Below are positions 35,774 through 45,329 of a stretch of DNA of 49,659 nt, piece by piece; positions within the stretch are counted from its first letter, which is position 1, and the number at the start of each line of letters is the position of its first letter. The position numbers were made by a program, and so were the translations under genes. Origin of the DNA: Gemmatimonadota bacterium (GTDB taxonomy: Bacteria > Latescibacterota > UBA2968 > UBA8231); NCBI GenBank assembly GCA_038128265.1, contig JAYPJE010000032.1, positions 1 through 49,659 of the forward strand, read 5' to 3'. The notes under the pieces are model-generated. The model did not search any database. It saw only the letters and a list, made by a program, of their open reading frames with translations, and was not told where the DNA came from.

Positions 35774-36805
35774 ATGGAAGAATTTGTGCGCGACTTTCCG
35801 CGCCCGCTGCTGATAGTCGACAGCGCGCTGCGCATTATCGCTTACAGTTACAAGACGCTCTCTGTTTTTGGCCTGCGCGCGCGCGCGGAAGGGGCCGAAC
35901 CGAAAGACGCGCTGGACAATGCGGTCGAGGGGGAGCGCGGTTTAGTAGACGAACTCGCGCTAGCTACCGCGCGTTTGCTGCGCCCCGGAGACGAAGACGT
36001 ATTTGTCTGGACTCATCGCAAGCGCACCTACGACGTCTCGGTGCACGCGCAGACAGAGGGCACATTTTTGGTCTTGTTTGAAGATACGACGGACTATGCC
36101 ATATCCGAAGAAATCCTGATGAGTGCGCGCCGCTATTTGGAGCATATACTTGGGAATATTCCGCTCGGCGTAATCGTGCTCAACAGCGAGCTGCGCATCT
36201 CTTCAACAAACAGGCAGGCACTCAATTTTATGCGCGGGCTCGGTTTTGAGCGCACGCTGATTGATGCGATCGGTGCCACCTTAGAAGAGCTGATTCCGGG
36301 TGAAACGGGGTCTGGCTGGCAGGCGCTATGCGCGCAGGCGTTGGAACGCGATGCGCGCTGCCAAGAGCCAAGGCAAACCTACGAGGGATCTGGCGGGTCG
36401 CTCGTGTTATCGACTTTGGCTACGCCGCTTCCCGACCTGGGTGGGCGTTCGGCTGGGGTTATGTTTGTCGCTGAGGATGCGACCGAAAAGGCACGATTAG
36501 AGGACCAGCTCGTCGCTGCGGAAAAACTGGCTACGGTGGGGCAGATGGTCGTTACTATCAACCACGAGATCAACAATCCCCTAAGCATTATTTCTACCAA
36601 CGCGCAGACGCTGCGGATGCTGGAGAAAGGGATTAGCGAAAAAGCGGTAGACAAGCTGCTAAAAATTGAGGAGCAGGTAAAGCGCATTGCCGAAGTGACG
36701 GAGCGGCTGCGCCAGATGGATCAGATTGCTACTGAGCAGTACATTCGCGGGGGAGAGCAGATGATTGACGCGTGGCACAATGCGACATCGGGAGAAAACG
36801 GATGA
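35774..36805 (+). CDS. PAS-like + HisKA (DHp) protein without HATPase domain
   Basis: ILGNIPLGVIVLN PAS start, EDAT, EKLATVGQMVVTINHEINNPL H-box; ends about 80 aa later with no N/G1/F/G2 boxes. Confidence 0.82.
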   Translation: MEEFVRDFPRPLLIVDSALRIIAYSYKTLSVFGLRARAEGAEPKDALDNAVEGERGLVDELALATARLLRPGDEDVFVWTHRKRTYDVSVHAQTEGTFLVLFEDTTDYAISEEILMSARRYLEHILGNIPLGVIVLNSELRISSTNRQALNFMRGLGFERTLIDAIGATLEELIPGETGSGWQALCAQALERDARCQEPRQTYEGSGGSLVLSTLATPLPDLGGRSAGVMFVAEDATEKARLEDQLVAAEKLATVGQMVVTINHEINNPLSIISTNAQTLRMLEKGISEKAVDKLLKIEEQVKRIAEVTERLRQMDQIATEQYIRGGEQMIDAWHNATSGENG

Positions 36806-37953
36806 AAACCTATCGCACTGCGATTCTGGGATGTCGGGGGCGCGGAACGGCTGCCGCCCGCGCCTATGCAGCCCATCCGCGCACGGAGGTCGTGGCCCTG
36901 TGCGACCTGCTGCCCGAGCGCATGCAGGTGCTGGGAGAAGAGCTCAATGTGCGGGCTCTATACAGCGACTTTCATCAGATGATAACGACGGAACAGCCGG
37001 ATATAGTAGCCATTCCGACGGCAACGGAACTGCACTACGAGCTGTCTATGGCCGTGCTGGAATACGGCGTGCACATCGACGTAGAGAAACCGCTGTGCAC
37101 CGATTTGGTCGAAGCCGACCGGCTTTTGGCCAAGGCCAAAGCCGCCGGCGTGCAGGTGGCCGTGCACCACCAGGGGCGCAGCGGCGCTGCGATGAAGGCG
37201 GTGCGCGCGGCCGTCGCTGAGGGCAAGATTGGCCAGCTGCGTTTTGTGCAGGGCAGCGGCAAGGGCTATTACGCCGGCTATGGCTTAATGAATATCGGCA
37301 CACATGCGCTCAACGCCATGCTCGGCGTAGCCGGTCCCGTGCGTGCGCTGACGGCGGTGGCGCAGGTAGCGGGGCGACCGGCAGAGCCGGACGACGTGCT
37401 GGTTGCGGCTGGCGGTATGGGCTACGTGCTGGGCGAAGACATAACGGCCGCGCTGGAATTTGCCAACGGGGTGCAGGGCGTGCATTTGCAGCAGCGTTTT
37501 TCAACGGTTGACTCGCGGGCCTATAAGGTGGAGTTCGCTGGAAGCGAGGGGCGCCTGCTGTGGCGCACGGATGCGGCCTGGTGGCTGCCGGACCCCCACT
37601 ACCTGCCGGGCGAGCGCGAATGGCAAAAGCTGCCGCTGGCGCTGCCCGAGGGTGTTGACGCTGCGGGTGCCGCCAGCGAGCCGGATGTTTCCTTTGTCGA
37701 AGACTATGTGCGTGCGCTCGACGCGGGCGGCGAACACGAGAGCAGTGGGGCCCAGGGCGTCCACGTATTGGAAATCCTGCTGGGTATCTTTGAGGGAGCG
37801 GCGTACGGTCGCCGCGTTCGGCTTCCGCAGACCGATCGGCAGCATCCGCTGCTGCGCTGGCGTGCCGAAGCCGGCATGGCGCCGCCCGAAGCGGGGCGAC
37901 GCGCCTACGGCGACTGGTTACAGGACGAGGATCGGCGCTTGAGGCGCGTATAA
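36802..37953 (+). CDS. Gfo/Idh/MocA-family oxidoreductase
   Basis: ILGCRGRG, ALCD, PDIVAIPT..LH, VEKP, NIGTH. ATG 36802 overlaps the upstream stop. Confidence 0.9.
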   Translation: MKTYRTAILGCRGRGTAAARAYAAHPRTEVVALCDLLPERMQVLGEELNVRALYSDFHQMITTEQPDIVAIPTATELHYELSMAVLEYGVHIDVEKPLCTDLVEADRLLAKAKAAGVQVAVHHQGRSGAAMKAVRAAVAEGKIGQLRFVQGSGKGYYAGYGLMNIGTHALNAMLGVAGPVRALTAVAQVAGRPAEPDDVLVAAGGMGYVLGEDITAALEFANGVQGVHLQQRFSTVDSRAYKVEFAGSEGRLLWRTDAAWWLPDPHYLPGEREWQKLPLALPEGVDAAGAASEPDVSFVEDYVRALDAGGEHESSGAQGVHVLEILLGIFEGAAYGRRVRLPQTDRQHPLLRWRAEAGMAPPEAGRRAYGDWLQDEDRRLRRV

Positions 37954-37959
37954 GAGAGC

Positions 37960-40900
37960 ATGAATTACGTACTTCGATTGCTCGACGTGCGGCGCAGCGA
38001 AGTCGCACGGTTGCTCTTGGCCTCGGCCGTTTTCTTTCTCGCCCAGGTCGACGATGGCATCGTCAAGAGCGTTGCTTCGGCCGTATTTAACGTGCGCGCT
38101 GGAGTCGATAAACTGCCGCTGATGTATACCTGGATTGCGGTGGTATTCTCCCTTAGTATGGCCTTGCTATCCTGGCTCACGTCAAAGCTGGCACGGCAGC
38201 GCATGCTGATGGGGCTCATGCTCTCCGTCGCAGCAGTGCTGGCGGCAAACGCCCTGTTGCTTTTATACGACCACAGCACGCCGACCAATTTGGGAGAGAA
38301 TGCCTACTCTTTTCTCTTTGTCTCTTCCGAGCTCGCGCGCACGCTGATGAATTTCCAAATCTGGATCGTGGCCGGCGGTATTTGCTATACATCGCGCGCC
38401 AAAGTGCTCTTTCCGCTCTTGGCTTCCAGTGCAGTACTCGGCGATATTGCCGGTGGTTTCATCGTGCGCTTCCTCAGTGCAGTGCTCGCTTCCCACATGC
38501 TCTACATGCTGGCCGTAGTCAATATGGTTGTTGTGCTTGTTCTGCTGCGCCAGTTGCTGCGCCGCTACTTTGTCGTGCAGGGCGGCGATGCAAACGAGGT
38601 TGGGGCCAGTCTAAAGGAAAACCTGCACTACTTTGCGCGCTCTTCGTATCTGATCCTGCTCTTTGTGCTCTCCATCGCCGTATTCGCCCTTTACACGGCG
38701 ATTCACTATGCCTTTAACGTGGTCGGCCGGCAATACTATACGTCCGAAGCCGAGATTACCGAATTTTTCGGTCTGTTTTTTGGTCTAACGGGCTTAGCGA
38801 CGCTCTTTGTAACGACGTTTTTGCTGCAGCGATTGCTGCGCTGGATGGGGACGGGCAACGTCTACTTTTGGGTTGGTGTGCTGTACGCGGGAATTGCCGG
38901 CGTGCTCTTATGTGCTTTTGAGGGCATCGTACCGCTGCCTATTGTTGCGGCGATATTTGCCGGTAATTTGCTTAACTACTTGCTGCTGGACAGCGTGATT
39001 GCTCCGGCCTACCAGGTGTTGATAAAGCTTGTTCCACCGCGCAACAGCGACGGTACGCGCATGGTTATGGAAGGCGGCTTCATGCTGCTGGGCGGCCTCG
39101 CAGGGGCCGGCATTACTTCTCTGCATGCGGGTCAGATGCTAACCTTGGGCGAGCTATTTGTCGCCCTCGGTGCGCTTGCGGTGGGTATGATCGTCTGCGG
39201 TGCGCTACTGCGGCGCAGCTACACAGCCGTGCTGGTGCGAGCCGTGCGCGAGCAAAATTTCGACCCCCAGGATGACCAGGCGATGCAGGCTACGCGCCGC
39301 TTGATTGCCCATTCCCCCGATTTCTCCCGCAGCCTACTGCTGAATAAAGACGACGGCGTGCGCCAACTTGGCATTGAGATGCTGCGGGATAATCCCGGAC
39401 CTGCCGGCGAACAGGTATGCGTAGAGCTGCTGAGCCACGACAATCCGCGCCTGCGCGGCGCGGCGCTCGATGCACTGCGTCCGCGCAGGGGGGCGGTCGG
39501 CGGCATTTTTCCCGCGGTGCTGCGCTGCTTGGACGATGCCGATGACGAGGTGCGGCTGGCCGCGGCGCGCTGTTTGGCCGCGCTGCTCGACGACGTCGTC
39601 GATGCCCAACAGCGGAATGCGGCTGGCACCGCGCTCGCCCAGCGCCTGCGCTCGGGGCAGGAGCGCGCCGCCATGCAAGCCGAATGCCTAATGGGGCTAG
39701 AGCGTCTGCAGCACGGAGAGTCGGCGACCGAGCGAGGCCAGATACTGGCAGGTCTGCTGGCCAGTGCTGACCCGGAAGAGCTCATCGCCGGAATCGAAGC
39801 GGCGGGCGGTGCGGACGATGAGCGCGTTCACTCGCAGCTGCAGGGCTTAATCGAAAGCATGCACCCCGCCGTGCGCGAGGCGGCAGTGCACAGTCTGGGA
39901 AAAATGGGAGACGAAGAGGGATACGCGCCCCTGCGACGCATGTTAGCCGATCCTGACCCCGACGTTGTTGCCGCCGCTATACAGGCATTGAGAAATATCG
40001 ATACAGCCGCCGTTCGGCGCCGTTTGGTGGACGATTTAGAGACGGCGTCGCTGCGCGAGTGGGAAGGGATATCGGCGGTGCTTATGGCGATTGAAGACGA
40101 CGCGCTCGACGATGTGCTGCTGGCGTCGTGTCGCCATCGGCTCGTCGAGGCAAACCGCTATAGGGTAGCCATTGACGCAGTGAGAGCAATCGACGACTCG
40201 GCGGGGGAGCTGCTCGTCGACCAACTGCAGTCGGAAGTCAGCGTCGTTGTCAATGGCACGGTGCGAACGCTGGGGCATATGGCCGATATGAGCGTCGTGG
40301 GCGATCTGATTGAACGGCTCGGCGGCGATGATGAGGCGGCGCGCGACAACGCGATTGAGCTGCTTGAAAATATGGCCGAGAGCGAGCTCCTATCTAGGTT
40401 GCTACCTCTGCTGTCGAGCGATGATGATGAGCAGGTGCAAGCCGCTCGAGAAATTGCAGGCTGGGAAGAGGTCGACCTGGAGCGCGTATTGGAATATCTG
40501 CTGGAAACGGGTGGGGCTTGGACACAGGTTGCCGCCCTTTGGTGTACCGTTCAGTGGCAGTATCGCTCGCTCTCTGAAAGGGCCGATATCGTGCTGGCAG
40601 AGCCTGCTCGTGGCATCATGGGCGAAATGGGTGAATATCGAGGAGATAGCGCAATGAGTGAAGAAGTGCAGCCGCTTACCACAATGGAGAAGATCACCTT
40701 TCTCAGGGGCTCTTCATTCTTTGCTGCGCTGCCGCTAGAAGAACTCTACCAGGTGGCACTGTCGATCCAGGAAGAGAGCGTGCAGGCGGGTGAAAAAGTT
40801 ATTGATGAAGGGACGATGGGGGACAAGATGTACATCGTTGTGCGCGGTGAACTCGAAGTCAAAAAAGAAGGTGGGCCGCGTCTGGCCGTGCTTGGCGAAA

Positions 40901-41091
40901 AGCAGGTATTTGGCGATATGGCCCTGCTTGACGACGAGCCGCGCTCGGCTTCTGTGCAGGCGATTGGCGATGTGCACCTGCTCTCGCTGCAGCGCGCAAA
41001 TTTAGAGCGCATACTGCGGCGCTATTCTTCGATCGCTTTCAATATGATGCGCATTCTATCTCATCGCCTGCGCGAGGCACAGGCAGGTTGA
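37960..41091 (+). CDS. MFS/NTT(TLC)-like membrane domain + HEAT repeats + cNMP-binding domain fusion
   Basis: About 12 hydrophobic segments (GVDKLPLMY, AKVLFPL), HEAT repeats (DDEVRLAAA, HPAVREAAV, DPDVVAAA), C-terminal FGDMALLDDEPRSASV. Confidence 0.85.
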   Translation: MNYVLRLLDVRRSEVARLLLASAVFFLAQVDDGIVKSVASAVFNVRAGVDKLPLMYTWIAVVFSLSMALLSWLTSKLARQRMLMGLMLSVAAVLAANALLLLYDHSTPTNLGENAYSFLFVSSELARTLMNFQIWIVAGGICYTSRAKVLFPLLASSAVLGDIAGGFIVRFLSAVLASHMLYMLAVVNMVVVLVLLRQLLRRYFVVQGGDANEVGASLKENLHYFARSSYLILLFVLSIAVFALYTAIHYAFNVVGRQYYTSEAEITEFFGLFFGLTGLATLFVTTFLLQRLLRWMGTGNVYFWVGVLYAGIAGVLLCAFEGIVPLPIVAAIFAGNLLNYLLLDSVIAPAYQVLIKLVPPRNSDGTRMVMEGGFMLLGGLAGAGITSLHAGQMLTLGELFVALGALAVGMIVCGALLRRSYTAVLVRAVREQNFDPQDDQAMQATRRLIAHSPDFSRSLLLNKDDGVRQLGIEMLRDNPGPAGEQVCVELLSHDNPRLRGAALDALRPRRGAVGGIFPAVLRCLDDADDEVRLAAARCLAALLDDVVDAQQRNAAGTALAQRLRSGQERAAMQAECLMGLERLQHGESATERGQILAGLLASADPEELIAGIEAAGGADDERVHSQLQGLIESMHPAVREAAVHSLGKMGDEEGYAPLRRMLADPDPDVVAAAIQALRNIDTAAVRRRLVDDLETASLREWEGISAVLMAIEDDALDDVLLASCRHRLVEANRYRVAIDAVRAIDDSAGELLVDQLQSEVSVVVNGTVRTLGHMADMSVVGDLIERLGGDDEAARDNAIELLENMAESELLSRLLPLLSSDDDEQVQAAREIAGWEEVDLERVLEYLLETGGAWTQVAALWCTVQWQYRSLSERADIVLAEPARGIMGEMGEYRGDSAMSEEVQPLTTMEKITFLRGSSFFAALPLEELYQVALSIQEESVQAGEKVIDEGTMGDKMYIVVRGELEVKKEGGPRLAVLGEKQVFGDMALLDDEPRSASVQAIGDVHLLSLQRANLERILRRYSSIAFNMMRILSHRLREAQAG

Positions 41092-41116
41092 ACGAGCGCC
41101 AATCACTGTATTCTGT

Positions 41117-42511
41117 CTAGCTGTCGCTGGCGAGCAGTAGGATATAGCACAGGCCGAGCGACCACGATCCAGCCCACAGCAGACCCCGTGCAAGGGTGTG
41201 CCGCAGCGGGGGCATCCACGAGACGGCGCGGCTGTGCCACTGTTTCCACAGTGCACTGGCTACAATTGCCAGCGTGACTCCGTTCCAACCAACCACTGCC
41301 AGTCGATTGGGCGTCAGCCCCCACTCAACTATTCGGAAGCAAATGGCCGTTAGAGCATAGGCGTTGAGGCCAAGGGCGAGTGCCATAAGGCCCGCTGCGG
41401 CGCAGCGCATGGTGTTGTCCCAGCGCGTCGGCAGGGGGCGCGAGGCGACGAGGGCGAGCAGCAGCAGCAGGGCAAATAGGGCACCGTTGTAAACGGCGAG
41501 CACTTCGCGCGCGTAAAAAGGTTGGCGAAAGTGCAGTGGCACAAAGCCAATAAGGTAGATGACGAGGACGGCGAGCGAGAGCGGCATGAGCAGTACGCCG
41601 AGGGTGTGCAGCAGGTGGCCAACGCTCGCGCGTTCGTCTTCCGGGGCCAGCGGCCGATGCGGATCGCAGGTGCTGGCCAGGGCGAGTAGGGGGACAGCGC
41701 CTATGCCGAAGGCCGCAAGGCGCACCATGAGCGCATCGGGCAATTCGATGCCGAGCGCGGCAAAGATGCCGTAGCTAAGTCCGCTAAAGACCAGACCGGC
41801 TGCCAGAAAAATGCCGGCGCTCAGCACGGTCGATAGTGATTTTAGGACAAAGCGATAGCCCTGGTCGGCCGGTGCATCGCCGCGCCAAGCGAGCACGCCG
41901 CCGACAATACACCAGCAGACAAAGGGCATGTGGATTGCGATAAGTGCTGCGACGTCGTCCTGGCGCCCTGTGCAGAGAACGGCCATGCTCGCCGTTAGAA
42001 CGAGCAGAGACGATAGAGCGACTGAGTAGAGTGCCCGACGATTTTGACGTGCGTCAAAGAGGGCCAGATAGACGAGAATGCACAGCGCCGTCAGCGGTGC
42101 CCAGCCCAGCCAAAAAGCCGGTGCCGAAGGGCCGGGCACTGGGATGGGCGGCTGCCCGTCGGCCAGCCATACAAAGCACGCTCCCAGCAGGGTGCTCAGA
42201 GCGAGCGCTGCTGGCCAGCGCTGCCCTCGTTCCCGATCGGCGTTTGGCGCATCGCTATCGAGCGCCGTATCTAGGCGGTAGGTCCAAGCCCGTAGCAGAA
42301 CGCTATCGGGAGCGCGCCGCGCGCACTCGAGAATACGCTCCCGGAACAGTGCATCGGCGCCGACGTCTTGTGCGCGGCGATAGAGCATTTCCAGCGCGCG
42401 TGGGTCGTCGCAGTGCTGCTCTATCTGCTGCTCCAACGTCGCTGCTTCAGGCCGTTCCATTGCGTCGGACGTCGTCTCCTGCTCCATGCTGTAAGTGATC
42501 GGATGCTGCAA
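41117..42511 (-). CDS. Multi-pass membrane protein (DUF4153-like)
   Basis: DPRALEMLYR..AWTYRL N-terminus, many TMs, YNGALF, AICFRIVEWGLTPNRLAVVGWN. Start uncertain (42511 or the later Met of MEQETT). Confidence 0.7.
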   Translation of the reverse strand: MQHPITYSMEQETTSDAMERPEAATLEQQIEQHCDDPRALEMLYRRAQDVGADALFRERILECARRAPDSVLLRAWTYRLDTALDSDAPNADRERGQRWPAALALSTLLGACFVWLADGQPPIPVPGPSAPAFWLGWAPLTALCILVYLALFDARQNRRALYSVALSSLLVLTASMAVLCTGRQDDVAALIAIHMPFVCWCIVGGVLAWRGDAPADQGYRFVLKSLSTVLSAGIFLAAGLVFSGLSYGIFAALGIELPDALMVRLAAFGIGAVPLLALASTCDPHRPLAPEDERASVGHLLHTLGVLLMPLSLAVLVIYLIGFVPLHFRQPFYAREVLAVYNGALFALLLLLALVASRPLPTRWDNTMRCAAAGLMALALGLNAYALTAICFRIVEWGLTPNRLAVVGWNGVTLAIVASALWKQWHSRAVSWMPPLRHTLARGLLWAGSWSLGLCYILLLASDS

Positions 42512-42547
42512 TCGTTCGGGTGCCTGCTGCTCCCGAAGGGCGTGCGC

Positions 42548-43927
42548 CTATCGGACCGTCGTGCGGCAGGTGCGGCCCCAAATAGGCTGTGCGCTAAGCG
42601 CATCGGTCTGCTGATGTGCGGCTAGAGCGACGGCGCGCAGTCCGATCAGCGACTCGTCGAGTGCGGTGGCCTCCTGTGTCGGGTAGTCCGACTCTATCTG
42701 CACGAGCTCTCCGACGATGGGCAGGCGGCGGGCAATGCCGCCGCTGAGCAAGACCGCTTGCATCTGTCGCATCGGATCGAATAGGCGGAGCACATCGACG
42801 TATTGTTCGACAAACGCCTTGAGCAGCGAGCACAGGTAGTTCTTGAGCGTTAGCTCGCCTTCGCCAATGCTGCGTATATAGCCACCGCCGTCATAGGCGC
42901 GCGCGCCGGGAAAGAGGCCCAGGCCAAACTGCATCGTGCTCGCCTGCACGTCTTCGACGCGGCAGGCGGCGAGCAGTTGCCAGAAATCGGTCGTTGCCTC
43001 GCCTATCTCGCCGAGAAAGCCAATGTATTCGGCCAGGGCGCGCCCGCCGGGAATATGGGTGATGGTTCTGAGCATGCGGTCGGAGAAATAGGGCCGGGTC
43101 TCCGCTTCGACAGGCGGCGATGGGCAGTAGAGGGTCGATACTTGTGCGCCGGTGCCCAAATTGATCGACAGGCTGTCAGTAGAGACTAGACCTGCTCCCA
43201 GCAGCGAGCACTGGTGGTCGCCAATGCCGACGTATATGGGCACGCGCCGTGCACCGGCATCCCAATAGCCGGCGACCTGACCCGTGTCTGCAGGGGCATC
43301 GAGCAGCACGCGCGAAGCGCTAAGATGCTGCACGGTCTCGACCAGCTCTTCGGCGATGGTGCCTTGCTGCACGTCGTACAGGGCCAGACCCGCTAACATG
43401 GTTGGGTGAGCGTAACCAGTGGAATGGCCGCCTGCTCGGCACAGCCAGCCTGGCAGGTCGACTATGCGCACGGTCGGTGGCAGGCTGACTTCGCGCGACA
43501 GGTGTAGAAAGTTCATCGGTGCAAATCCCGGGCGCGCTTTCATGCCGGTGAGCGCCGTAAAACGATCGCCTACGGCGTTTAGGACGGCGTCAAAAGCGGA
43601 TTCACCGTGTGCCGGCTCTAACGAGCGCTCGTCCTTCCAACTGATGTAGTGGGTGAGCGGTTTATCCTGCTCGTCGAGCACGACAAACCCGTGCATCTCG
43701 CTGCACAGCGCAATGCCGGCAAAGGGCGTCCGGGCGTAGTAGCGCGCGCAAATGGCCTCGAAGCGCTGGTGTACTTCAAGCGGGTCGAATTCGCTGCGTC
43801 CCGGACGCGTTGCGCGGTTTGCAAGGGCGCTGTGGCTTTCGGGCGGCGTAAATTCCCCGCTGTCTAGGTCGACCAGAGTCGACTTGGTCGAGGTGGTGCC
43901 AAAGTCGAGCAGTAGGAAGTGGGTCAC
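42548..43927 (-). CDS. FGGY-family carbohydrate kinase (sedoheptulokinase-like)
   Basis: DFGTTSTK, SEMHG, SWKDER, GDHQCS, NLGTGAQVS, LSGG. Confidence 0.82.
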   Translation of the reverse strand: MTHFLLLDFGTTSTKSTLVDLDSGEFTPPESHSALANRATRPGRSEFDPLEVHQRFEAICARYYARTPFAGIALCSEMHGFVVLDEQDKPLTHYISWKDERSLEPAHGESAFDAVLNAVGDRFTALTGMKARPGFAPMNFLHLSREVSLPPTVRIVDLPGWLCRAGGHSTGYAHPTMLAGLALYDVQQGTIAEELVETVQHLSASRVLLDAPADTGQVAGYWDAGARRVPIYVGIGDHQCSLLGAGLVSTDSLSINLGTGAQVSTLYCPSPPVEAETRPYFSDRMLRTITHIPGGRALAEYIGFLGEIGEATTDFWQLLAACRVEDVQASTMQFGLGLFPGARAYDGGGYIRSIGEGELTLKNYLCSLLKAFVEQYVDVLRLFDPMRQMQAVLLSGGIARRLPIVGELVQIESDYPTQEATALDESLIGLRAVALAAHQQTDALSAQPIWGRTCRTTVR

Positions 43928-45159
43928 GTGGCGCCGTCGGCCTGTTTGTGGATAATTTCATTGGCCATGTCGAGGTAGGTATTATCCTCTATGAGCGTGC
44001 CGGTCGATTCAGCGCTGAGGCGAATGGCGACTTTCTGCGCGCCGCTGCCCGAGTTTTCAAAGCGGTTTTTACGCAGCACCACGTCGTGTGCCGCGCCCTG
44101 AAATTCTACGGCGATGCCATCGGCTGCCGCGCCGTTATCGCGAAAGAGACAGCGTTCGACGACGTTGCGGTGGGCGCCGCGAAATTCGCTCAGCGGCTGG
44201 CGAAACAGCAGGCCGTGCTGGCCGTTATCGGCCAGCGTGCAGTCGACGAGGTGGTTGTCCGTATCGCGGTGGCCAATCGAACAGCCATAGGCGCTGTTTT
44301 CGTTTAACAGGCAGCGCTCTGCCCTTCCATCGGTTACGCCCCAGCAGAAAAAAATCCCTTGGCTGTTGCCGGTGGCCTGGCAGTCGATAAAGCGAGGGCG
44401 CTGCGAGCCGCTGCCGGGATGAAAGCCGAGGTTGACATTGTCTTCGGCGCGGCAGTGCTCAAAGTGGATGTCGTCGCAGACCTGAAAGCTGAAGCCGTCG
44501 CCGTTAAAATTGCGCGAGACGACGTTGCGGAACTGGTAGCGGTGGCAGTGCTGCAGAAAGACGCCGCCGATGTAGTTGCCGTTGAGCTCTTCGTTGGACG
44601 AGCGCTGGCCGTCCAATATCAAGTTTTCAACGACTATGTCGTCGACCCATTCGGCGGTTATAATGGGGAAGAGCGTGGCCGCCGTCGCCCCTTCTGACAG
44701 CCAGGCGTTTTTTTCTAGTCGCTTGCTCAGATACAGCACATCGCCGTCGACGGCGGTGACGGTATCCTTGATGACCTGTAGGGCTCCGGCGTGCTGGCTG
44801 CGCAGGGCTATGCCACAGCCCGCGTTAAAACCGGTCGGATCGGCGACGCGGACCTGAGACTCGTACCAGTCGGAATCACAGATTAGCGGGCTGCAGGTGC
44901 TGGGTTCTTTTTGTAAGACCGTTTCTGGGCCGCTGCCGATCACGTCGACACCCGGACGCAGGTAGAGGGCGTTGTGCATGCGGAAGAGGCCGGGTTGGAT
45001 GTGCAGGATGCCGCCGCCGAGACGGTGCAGATAGTCGACGCCGGCCTGTAGGGCTTTATCGTCGGTGCCGTCGATATCACCGCCGGGGCCGACGCGCAGC
45101 TCCATGCGCCGCAGGCGCGTGCGCGAACGGTTATCCTTGGGATCGTGTAGCACGGTCAT
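43924..45159 (-). CDS. Right-handed parallel beta-helix repeat protein
   Basis: ALQAGVDYL..GGGILHI.PG, repeated N-x-x-x-G coils (NFNGDG, NVNLG, NSQG, NSAYG, NGQHG). Confidence 0.8.
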   Translation of the reverse strand: MTVLHDPKDNRSRTRLRRMELRVGPGGDIDGTDDKALQAGVDYLHRLGGGILHIQPGLFRMHNALYLRPGVDVIGSGPETVLQKEPSTCSPLICDSDWYESQVRVADPTGFNAGCGIALRSQHAGALQVIKDTVTAVDGDVLYLSKRLEKNAWLSEGATAATLFPIITAEWVDDIVVENLILDGQRSSNEELNGNYIGGVFLQHCHRYQFRNVVSRNFNGDGFSFQVCDDIHFEHCRAEDNVNLGFHPGSGSQRPRFIDCQATGNSQGIFFCWGVTDGRAERCLLNENSAYGCSIGHRDTDNHLVDCTLADNGQHGLLFRQPLSEFRGAHRNVVERCLFRDNGAAADGIAVEFQGAAHDVVLRKNRFENSGSGAQKVAIRLSAESTGTLIEDNTYLDMANEIIHKQADGAT

Positions 45160-45329
45160 AGCTGTTCTCGCAGGTCGATGGGATCGTCTACAGCGGGCGT
45201 GTCGAGCAGCGGATCCCCATGTATACAGGAGGTGTGCCGAGGGGACAAAGTAGGTTGTGCGCTAGGCGCACGCAAGGTGGACAGCGGATGTCGAGGAGTG
45301 TACTTTTGCATACAAAAAGGAGGGCGGTC

